Below are positions 33,190-41,679 of a DNA stretch of 41,679 nucleotides, in pieces. Numbering within the stretch: the first letter of the stretch is position 1; every line of letters begins with the position of its first letter. The translations under genes and the position numbers were made by a program. The notes under the pieces were generated by a model. The model had not been told where the DNA came from. It made no database searches and was given only the letters and a program-made list of their open reading frames with translations. The stretch comes from Rhizaria sp. SCN 62-66 (Eukaryota), in assembly GCA_001724265.1 (NCBI GenBank), contig MEDY01000273.1:1-41679 (forward strand), given 5' to 3'.

Positions 33190-33890
33190 GTGCCACCGGT
33201 GCCAGCGCAATGACCGACAACAGCATTTCGCGGCCCTACCGGCCCGGCGTGTCGACCTACGTCAGCACTGCCGCCCCTCATCAGCTGGCGTCGTCGCTGT
33301 CCACGCTGTCGATCAGCTCGCGCTCGCAGGCCGTGTTGGCCAACACCGAGGCCGAGGCCAAGGCGCGCATCGCGGCGGCGGAGCGGGAGGCCAAGGCGGT
33401 GCGGCGCGAGCTGGAGGCGCGCACCCTGGCCGCCAAGGAGGCTGAGGCGCGCGCGGCAGCCGCGGAGAAGCGCGAGCAAGACTACCTGCGCGAAATGAAG
33501 CAGCGCGAGCAGGAGCAGCGTGAGCGCGATCGCGAGCAGCGTGAGCGTGAGCGGGAGAGGGATCGGCAGGAGCAGCAGCGGCGCGATGAGGCGTACCGCC
33601 AGCAGCAGCAGCGCGAGCAGCAACAGCGTGAACAGGAGCAGCAGATGCGCGCGATGCAGATGCAGCAGATGCGCTACACCTCTGACAACTCCTATGACTT
33701 TTTCGGCAGCAGTGGCGGCTATAGCGCGCAGAGCCGCGCCCCCAGCTACAGCTCCGGCGCGTCCCACGGCGGCACTCCCTCGGGGCGCGTGCATGTTAGC
33801 TCGGGCTCTGCCAACGGACGGGAGATCTTCACGGGCCCCCGCGGCGGCTCATACTACATGAACAGCAGCGGCAAGAAGACCTACGTGTAA
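31809..33890 (+). CDS. Intronless TKL-group protein kinase with coiled coil and short basic C-terminal domain, 693 aa
   Basis: All catalytic motifs are present: IGQGGFATV, VAVK, FRQEV, HRDLKAANVL, DFGLA, GTVAWMAPE and DTWGFG. An E/R/Q-rich helix spans ~33345-33670, and the protein ends GREIFTGPRGGSYYMNSSGKKTYV. Confidence 0.92.
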
Positions 33891-34791
33891 GTGGTGCGAC
33901 CGTGAGCGCAGATATCGAGCTCAGCTTATGATACCACGTGTATCTTGTTTTATTTGCTTGTCGTATGAGGATGATGACTCGTTTGTTTTGTTGTGCGTGT
34001 GACACCCATTGTATGTTTGTGGTGCTGTCGTATTGTGGAGTTAGTTCTGAGGCTATACAAATGCCAGAAGTGTGAAATGTTTTTTCTATAGTAAGTGTAC
34101 TTGTATGTTTCTCTGTTGATGAAATGCAGCTGATGCTGTTGTTTGTTGTGTAGGTATAGTTACCAGCGTCCGCTCGAACTGAAGTTAGTGTCTCTACCCC
34201 ATCTTTGGGTAGTAAATTGATGTTGATAAATCAAGCAAAATCAAGAATAAAGAAGATATTTTAACTAATGCGCTCCTGTTGTTTACAAAAATAACAAATT
34301 TAATTCGCACTTCAAGTGTCACTTTTCGAGAAATCGTGCGATTAAGGCACGCGCGCGGAAGCCGTGCTCTGCCGTGACACATGTTGCATTGCGATGCTGC
34401 AGCGCGCGCGGCTGTTGGGTGTCGGGTCGAAAAAAGAATTGGAATTCAGACCGCGAGGCAATGCTGGGTGACTAAAGAAGACATTTGACACAGACTCCAG
34501 CCGTCGAGACGCAAGTGGATACTTGTTGCAATCTTGCTGTGTTTTGTTGTATTCGATGTACTGCACAGGTGTGCTGTGGCGTGCATGTGCAACGCCCTGT
34601 TTGGCCTGTTTCATGCCCTCGTCATGCACTGCTTGGGCCTGCATGAGACGTCGGTTAATCACGATTTTCGCTCACTACCTCTGTGTATTTTCTGTATTGC
34701 ACTTGCACCCGCAGAGTTCCTTTCTTCTTCTTCCCTTTTCCATCTTTTTCAAACTCCCTTTGCGTTTTCCGCCCGCTCTTCTCAGACCAAC

Positions 34792-36376
34792 ATGGCTGTA
34801 CGTTTCCTCCCATATTCAGTCAGCTTCTCACAGCACGCTGCTCCATCACTTCTGCTGCCTTATACATGCTGCCCTTACTTCTGTTGGTACCAATATGCAT
34901 ACAGTGTCGGTGTTATGTTATGCTGCCTTCTATTGCTCATTTGCTCACAACCTCTCGCCTCCCCTTGCTCCACTTCTCGCTCGCTTGCTACAATCCTGAA
35001 CTCCTTTCTCTGTTCCAACCGATATCTCTCTTTCTCGCGTTGCACCCCGTCGCCCTCTCTGCATGTCTCTGTGGTTCTCTGTTGTCGTTGCTCGCTTGCA
35101 TTGCTCGCCTTTATGTGAATCTGTTCTTTGTGGACTATACGCACGCACACATACACGCACACACACACAGGACGAACAAGACCTTGTGGCCGAGGCCGCG
35201 CAGCTCCCGCGCCTCGAGGTGAACCGCTACTGCGCCGACTGCGACGCCGAGAACCCTGACTGGGCGTCGCTCAACCTGGGCATTCTGCTCTGCATTAAGT
35301 GCGCTGGCGTGCACCGCACCATGGGCGTGCAGATCTCCAAGGTCCGCTCGCTGCACCTCGACACCGAGTGCTGGGACAGGGGCCAGATCGACTTCATGAA
35401 GTCAGTCGGCAACGTCCGCGCGCGCCAGATCTACGAGGCCACGTGCCCCTGTTGGTACCTGCGGCCCTCGCAGACGTGCGACTCCCCGTTCGTGCGCGAG
35501 AACTGGATCCGCGCCAAGTACGAGCGCCACGACTTTGTCGCCAACCCCAACAAGCCCTCGCTGGCCATCTCCGCAATGCCCGAGCCGCCGCTCGAAGGGT
35601 ACCTTTGGAAGGCCAACAAGAAGGGCGCGTGGCAGAAGCGCTACGTGACGCTGTTTGGCCGCTACTTGTCGTACTTCAAGGCGCCGTCCGACTCGTACCC
35701 CAAGGGCATCATCGACGTGTGCGAGCTCACCTTCACGCTGCCGCACACGCCCGACTCGAACAAGCGCTACGTGTTCGAGGCGCACACGGGCAAGCGCGCG
35801 TTCCCTTTTGGCGTGGACTCGGTGCAGGAGATGTTCATCTGGGTGCACGCGCTCAAGCGCGCGGCGGCGTATTACATCACGCTGCTCAACGCCGAGGCCG
35901 CGGGCGCGGTGCAAGTGGGCACGGCCATGACGCTGGCGCAGAACAACGAGGACGAGGTCAAGCTGTCGTTCGAGCAGATGGGCACGCCGATTAAGCTAGG
36001 CATGCTCAGCAAGCAGGGCGGCAAGTGGAAGAGCTGGAACAAGCGCCTCTGTGTGCTGACCGACTCTGCTCTCTTCTACTTTAAGAAGGACAAGCCCTCT
36101 GCGAGCGACATGCCCGAAGGCTCGATCCCGCTCACGCGCTGCGCGATCGTGGACGGCGCGGACCGCGCGGAGAAGGCGCACTGCATCAACATAGTCACGC
36201 CCGCGCGCGTCTACTTCCTCTGCGCCGCCACGGACGGCGAGCGCGTCGAGTGGTTTCACGCGCTGGCCAACGTCTGCAACGCGCTCAACGGCGTCCAGTC
36301 CGTCGCCTTCTCCGAGATGCCGCAGCCGGAGCCCATCCGGACCAACACCGCCGACATCGAGGACGACTCTGACTAA
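34792..36376 (+). CDS. ArfGAP with dual PH domains (ADAP/centaurin-alpha type), ~403 aa; exons 34792-34797, 35171-36376
   Basis: ArfGAP zinc finger CADC-x16-CIKCAGVHR with the arginine finger, plus VRSLHLD and RENWIRAKYE. Two PH domains start at EGYLWK...WQKRYV and GMLSKQGGKWKSWNKR. The start is inferred as ATG GCT|gtacgt spliced to CAG|GAC at 35171. Confidence 0.85.
35141..35169. repeat. Imperfect (CA)n microsatellite immediately before the ArfGAP splice acceptor
   Basis: gcacgcacacatacacgcacacacacaca, followed by the G completing the AG at 35170. Confidence 0.7.
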
Positions 36377-36873
36377 GTCAGCTTTCTATACGAGCTCGCC
36401 TCCCTTTTGTATGTCTCATGTATAAGATAAGTTTTAAAGTGTGTGGTTTGGCGCGCGGTCGTCCTGTGCTCACCACTGCAGCTGCGCCGACTTGCCTTTT
36501 TTTTTGTGAAAAATATGATTGTTTCTTCATAACTCATTGTGTTTCGCCCCCTTGGTTGCTATATATTTCTGTTTTAAAATAATTAATACAGTTTGTTCTT
36601 GTTACAAGGCACAAGGAGCTGTTTACTGCTCATTATCTATTGGACCGTGTGCTCGATGATGGTCGCATGTCTGGTGTGAGCATCGAATCATCGTACCGTG
36701 TGCTGTGATCTGATCGTCAAATCGACTGATTTGCCCTAAAGAAATTGTATATGGTGTTTTATATAATATCTGTCATTAAAACGTGCTAAAAAGCTGACCG
36801 TCGCCTTGTGTACTCTCGGTTCTTTCTCGCGTTTCCCCTCGCCATCTCGGCACTCGTCGAAGTCTGTTTCGAG

Positions 36874-37817
36874 ATGACCAAGCAGGTGACTCTGTACTCC
36901 TACTGGCGCTCCAGCTCTGCCTGGCGCGTCCGCGTTGCTCTTGCGCTTAAGGGCGTTGAGTACATCTACGTTGCGGTGCCCCTGCTCAAGGCCGAGCAGT
37001 CCTCCGAGGAGTACTCGAAGCTTAACCCGATGCAGCAGGTGCCCTGCCTCGTCGTCAAGGAGGACGGTAAGGACGACGTCGTCATCTCGCAGTCGCTCGC
37101 CATCATTGACTACATTGACAACACCTTCGAGGGACCCAGTCTTTACCCCAAGGGTACGCAATTTTCATGATACTGAAGCATACTTCTACTCTGAACTGTT
37201 TGTTGGCTCTTGATCTCACACGAACTTGTATCTTCACCCTTGCTCTCTGTTTTTATTTATTAGACCCTGTGGCTCGCGCTATTGCTCTTGAGCTTGCCCT
37301 TGACGTTGTCTCCGGCATCCAGCCCATCCAGAACCTCAACATCCTCAAGGCCATCGAGGAGCTCACCAACGCCGACGAGAAGACCGCCTGGGGTGCGTTT
37401 CCCGACACCTACATCGCCCATCTTAATCGCAAGACGCTGTCAATCTATGTCAATGGATATAAAATATTAATCACTGTAATGCTACTTTGACCTTTGCTCA
37501 TCATCGTGATATATTCTTCCTTTTGTATTCGTCGCATTGTTTCTTCTCTTGCAGCGCGCAAGTGGATCTCGAAGGGCCTCGCCGCGCTCGAGGCCAAGGC
37601 CGCGCGCTACGTGGCCACGCACCCCGACTCAGTCTACCTTTGCGGCGCGACTCCGACCGTGGCCGACGCGTGCCTCGTCCCGCAGCTCTACAACGCGCGC
37701 CGCTTCAACATCGACGTGGCGCAGTACCCGCGTCTGCTGCAGTGCGAGGCCGCCGTGGCCGAGCTCAAGGAGTTCAAGGCCGCGCACCCCGACAACCAGC
37801 CCGACGCAGTGCTCTAA
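36874..37817 (+). CDS. GSTZ1: Zeta-class glutathione S-transferase / maleylacetoacetate isomerase, 223 aa; exons 36874-37153, 37264-37392, 37555-37817
   Basis: Motifs LYSYWRSSSAWRVRVALALKG, LNPMQQVP, SQSLAIIDY, SGIQPIQNL, ADACLVPQLYNARRF and AAHPDNQPDA. The two phase-1 introns are consistent. Confidence 0.92.
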
Positions 37818-38183
37818 GCGCGAGGCTGCGATTGCGAAGCAAGCAATGAAGGGTTAGAACAAAGAAAGACCGTTTTAAAGACGACGCTGCTGCGCGCTGA
37901 ACTTAGCAAAGCGATGCCGCAGGAACAATGTGAACGTTAACAAGAATAAAACAAGATTTGATGTGATAATATATTGTTGATATCTATTATTACTATGTAA
38001 TATTACAATATTGGTCTAAAATAATATCGCATTCTTCTTCGGAACACAGTCATGGCCCTCGTAGCTATGACATGATTGTTGGCCTTCAGAAAATAGGGGA
38101 GAGGCTCTCAGAGTTAGACTTAATAGCAGCAACACTGGTCGTAGACAGAAGCAACGTTCTTAGCTTAGCTAAAGTCATCACCT

Positions 38184-39194
38184 TCACGCAACCTCAGTCT
38201 TGATGCCCTTTTCCTTCTTCTCCTTCTTCTCCTTCTTTTCCTTCTTTTCTTTTTTCTCAACCTTGACGACAGGCTCGTCAGCCGCAGCAGCCGCAGCAGT
38301 GGCAGTGTGGCCGTCGTCCTTGTCGTTCATGGCAACGGCCACGGCGGCGGGCTCGGTCTTGACCGCGACGCCCTTGTCCTTCTTGTCCTTCTTTTCCTTC
38401 TTCTCCTTCTTCTCGACCTTGACGTCCCCAACATTAAGGGCGCTGGCAGAACTAGAGCTGCTCCTGGTGCTGGCCGCGGAGCGCGCGTCGGGCTTCCGGG
38501 CGCCGAGCGCAGCGGCGACAGCGGCGGAGACGGGGCGCACGTCCTCGTTCCAGCCGCGAGGCACGTCGTGGATGGGCCCAAAGGGGAAGTTGGACACCAT
38601 GGTTGGGCAGACGGTCACGGCGGTGAAGTAGCGCGCGAAGGGCTTGCCGCGGAAGACCTCGCCCGGGGCGCGCGCACCGGTCTCCTCGCCAAAGTTGGAC
38701 CACAGGTTGACGATGTTGGCGGCGTCGCGCGAGGGCGACTCGTAGAGCGTGTAGGACTTGTTGTTGTCGATGGTGAAGTTGCCGATACGGACGTTGCCGG
38801 TGGGGATCAGCGCGGCGGCCGCGGCGGCGGCGGCGACGTCCCCGGCGGCAAGCGCGGCGTAGTAATCGGCCTGGTGCGGGATGAGCGTCGCGATGGGGAT
38901 CTTAAGCGTGATGGTCGAGAACTGCTCCGCGGTCACGTCGGGCGGCAGCTGGAAGAGGCAGAGGTCCTTGCCGTCCTCCTGCACGCGCCGCGGCGTCATG
39001 ATGCTGTGCTCGAACTCCAGCGGGGAGAACTTGGGCGGGATGCGGTCCTTGGGGAACGTCACGGTGCCGAATGCAGACGCGGCAGCGCTAGAGCTGGCAG
39101 AGCTGGAGCTGGAGGCGGGGACAGAGGCGGTGGTGCGCGCGGTGGACACGTCGCTGTCCTTGGTCATCTTGGCCTTCTTCGTCGGCTGACTCAT
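38184..39194 (-). CDS. Probable RNA polymerase I subunit RPA34/A34.5 (CD3EAP/POLR1G)-like protein, 336 aa
   Basis: IPPKF...KDLCLFQLPPDV resembles the A34.5 N-terminal xLWLIxxPxD motif. Two KKE/KKD repeat tracts at the C-terminus are typical of A34.5 and other nucleolar proteins. ATG at 39194. Confidence 0.55.
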   Translation of the reverse strand: MSQPTKKAKMTKDSDVSTARTTASVPASSSSSASSSAAASAFGTVTFPKDRIPPKFSPLEFEHSIMTPRRVQEDGKDLCLFQLPPDVTAEQFSTITLKIPIATLIPHQADYYAALAAGDVAAAAAAAALIPTGNVRIGNFTIDNNKSYTLYESPSRDAANIVNLWSNFGEETGARAPGEVFRGKPFARYFTAVTVCPTMVSNFPFGPIHDVPRGWNEDVRPVSAAVAAALGARKPDARSAASTRSSSSSASALNVGDVKVEKKEKKEKKDKKDKGVAVKTEPAAVAVAMNDKDDGHTATAAAAAADEPVVKVEKKEKKEKKEKKEKKEKGIKTEVA

Positions 39195-40062
39195 CGGGGC
39201 AGACAAAGCTGTGACGTACAGCGCGCAAGAATGCAAGAGTGAGCAGTGAAAGATAGGGGAGGTTGAGGACGGACACAGAGAGTGAAGGGATGAGAAGACG
39301 AAGGGGGTGACAGGGAAAATGGACATAGAACGTGAGGTGGTTCGTGCAAGTGCGTATAGGTATATTTTTCATGTAATATGCATGAGCTCGTATAACAAAC
39401 ACGAGTAAAAGGAGTCAAAGCTGTTTGTGGGGTGAAATAAACCACTAAATGCCGCGACGGAAGCCGACGCAGAGGACCCGAGGCGGCCCGCGCGGCACGT
39501 ATTAATGGACACGATGCGGATCGTCAATAAAGCCAGCGCCCAGGTATTATACGTGCGCAATCTTCTACATAAACATATTAAGACCGCGTCTCTACTGCTT
39601 ACTATCCTCATTCGTGGGATATGCAAACAGTGCTCGCCCGGTCAAAGTTAGACTGGTGCTCACAGTCGCACCCGACTCGGACAGAATTGCGGCCTAACTT
39701 CCGTCGACCAAGCGATTTTGGAGCACTCAGCCCCTTCCTGCAGAGGCCAAAAGCTCCATGAACTGTTCGTCGTTACGCTTATAAACTTACTCAGAGAATA
39801 AATGCGTCTGTTTTTATTATTTTGTGTAATTCGACCTCTACCAGCTGCTCCCAGCTTGCACAATTCGAATCTCGCCATGTCCTCCACTGCTCTCCTTTGC
39901 CCTACGTTGCCCCACTTCCCTCCAGCCGCTCGTTCATCCAGAAACGTTTCTGTCCGACTCCCTCTTGCTCCCCTTAATAGAACTCGCCTCCTTCTTACCT
40001 CTTGGCTTGTCTTTCTGTCAGCCTAGCCCCCCAGCCTTGCCCCCTGCCCTCAGCCGCCGCCG

Positions 40063-40089
40063 CTGCTGCTGCTGCTGCTGCTGCTGCTG
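40063..40089. repeat. (CTG)9 microsatellite preceded by CCG repeats, in the putative 5' region of the ARL-like gene
   Basis: Read directly from the sequence; it ends ~75 nt before the ATG at 40163. Confidence 0.9.
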
Positions 40090-40162
40090 TCTGTTATTTC
40101 GACACTTAATCTCGTCTCGACTACTGTAGTCAGCCTGTTGCTGTCTGCCTGAGTGAGTGACC

Positions 40163-41186
40163 ATGGGTTGCGTCGTGTGCAGCTGCTGCATCGAGATGCC
40201 GGTGCAGAAGAACATCCTCCTCGTCGGCCGCAGTGGCGCTGGCAAGACCCACACCCTGTACCAGATGATGGGCGAGGTCGCCTCGCTTGACACGCGCCCC
40301 ACGCCCGGTACGTTATCGCGCTCTGTAGCAGCACTCATATCTTAACATACTAGTGTATATCGTGTGTCCTTGGCTTTAACGCCGGCATGCACCGATCCCG
40401 TGGACTGACATAAATGTTTGCTCTTGCTACAAGTAATGAAATTATTTGCAACTATCGATGTATCTCTCACACGCACCTCTTTATGTTCCATCTTTGCTTT
40501 TCTCACTGGCGAAACTGCTTCTATAGTGTTCAACAACGAAATTATCACGTTTCGCCGCTTCGGCCGCTGCTACGAGTTCTGGGACCCCTCCGGCGCTGAG
40601 AGCTACATCCCCTTCTGGGAGTCGCTGTACAAGAACGTGTCCTTCAACGTGCTCATCTACGTCATCGACGCGCGCAAGTACTGGAATAAGGACGAGCGCG
40701 TGCATCAGGTTGTTCAGGACCGCATGGAGGTGCACAACCTGCTGTGCGCGGACGAGTTCGCAAAGAGTCAGGTAGGTTCACGTTCACAAAGCGAAACAGA
40801 AAAGGACATTTTGATCAATGACATCAAAGCACTGTTGTGAATCGATGCAAATGCAGCTGAGTTGTTTAACTTGTGATTTTTATCGCTGTTAAAGCTTCTC
40901 TCATTCCACAATCTTGACATATCATTCTTATGTTGTCCTTTTCTCACCCTGTACTCCCTTTTGCGTTTTTCTCTGTTTCGCTTGCCTGTCGTCGCCCGCT
41001 CCGCAGTTCATTCTGTACCTGAACTGGAAGACGGAGCTCGACCTGGGCGAGGAGCGCAACATGATGGAGGTCATCCCTGAGGAGCTGGAGATCTACAACT
41101 TCCCCAAGCGCGACGTCATCGTCGTCGACACGTTCAACTCTCTGCTCGAGACACTTCTCTCGATGCCGCTCGACATGCAGGATTGA
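40163..41186 (+). CDS. Atypical ARF-like (ARL) small GTPase, 189 aa; exons 40163-40307, 40527-40771, 41007-41186
   Basis: N-terminus MGCVVCSCC, P-loop GRSGAGKT, switch I TRPTPVFNNE, G3 FWDPSGA, then W..LY and LIYVIDA. Two GT-AG introns (phase 1 and 0) are consistent. Confidence 0.8.
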
Positions 41187-41679
41187 AGGGCGTGATCGAT
41201 ACGCCATATGTCATTGAGCTTTAGTAGCAGTAGCAGTGAGTGCGCACACAGTGAGTGAGTTGATCTTGTGGTGGGTGAATGTTGAGCTCCAGAAGAGTGG
41301 GCTGAGGGCTCAGATGTTATGATAGATAGCCGGGGCCAGCAGAGTTCGTGTGCGATGACACGGCATGCAGCCTACACTGCGAGCGGAGTTTGTGACGATT
41401 ATAGTAACGGTAATTAGCGATGTATACATGTATTGGTAGACTAATTGCTTACAATGTTGCATGTCCTATAGAATACAAACAAGAACAGTGAACACGTAAG
41501 ATCCAGATGTGCAAGAATATATGCTTGATGTGTAAATGGTAAGGTGTATTGCATGAAACCCATCTGTGTAGTCACAAATAATACCCCTGATGTAGAGGTT
41601 TATGAAAAACGCAAAAACGCGCCTGGAAGGGGCGGTTTTAAATAGCCATACAACTTTGTCAAACATCCGTCAAATAAAA

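Noticed and set aside
34194..35170. Several 100-190 aa ORFs upstream of the ArfGAP exon
   Set aside because: The sequence is pyrimidine-rich, intron/UTR-like and lacks codon bias.
3311..41006. Introner-type repeated introns
   Set aside because: By eye the 18 introns share only splice signals. I saw no internal similarity or terminal inverted repeats.
34792..41186. ArfGAP and ARL GTPase as a functional gene cluster
   Set aside because: They are separated by unrelated genes (GSTZ, RPA34-like), and proximity in a eukaryotic genome is weak evidence. The ARL also lacks the Gln used in GAP-stimulated hydrolysis.
1..41679. Alternative genetic code or stop-codon readthrough
   Set aside because: All gene models translate without internal stops once introns are removed, and TAA, TAG and TGA all end genes.

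Overview
Gene-dense eukaryotic (protist-like) genomic DNA, with very GC-rich exons separated by AT-richer introns (110-373 bp, all GT-AG, donors mostly GTACG) and short intergenic spacers. I assembled 14 protein-coding gene models by hand from the ORF track plus splice sites, checking phase at each junction. They are: a secreted GH25-type lysozyme, CWC27 cyclophilin, a 4-TM protein whose Cys-containing domain is split by a huge low-complexity insert, NUP210/GP210, SDHAF2, an ASDURF/prefoldin-like small protein, IFT54/TRAF3IP1 with a duplicated CH domain, a divergent CRT-like transporter, a coiled-coil protein, an intronless TKL kinase ending in a PBCV-basic-adaptor-like motif, an ADAP-type ArfGAP with two PH domains, GSTZ/MAAI, an RPA34-like protein and an atypical ARL GTPase. 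IFT54 implies a ciliated/flagellated cell, and the lysozyme fits a bacterivore (inference). All three stop codons end genes, consistent with the standard code. I found no rRNA, tRNA, CRISPR array or intact mobile element, and no clear multi-gene system; the best leads are single-gene architectures. Family assignments come from remembered motifs, not database searches.
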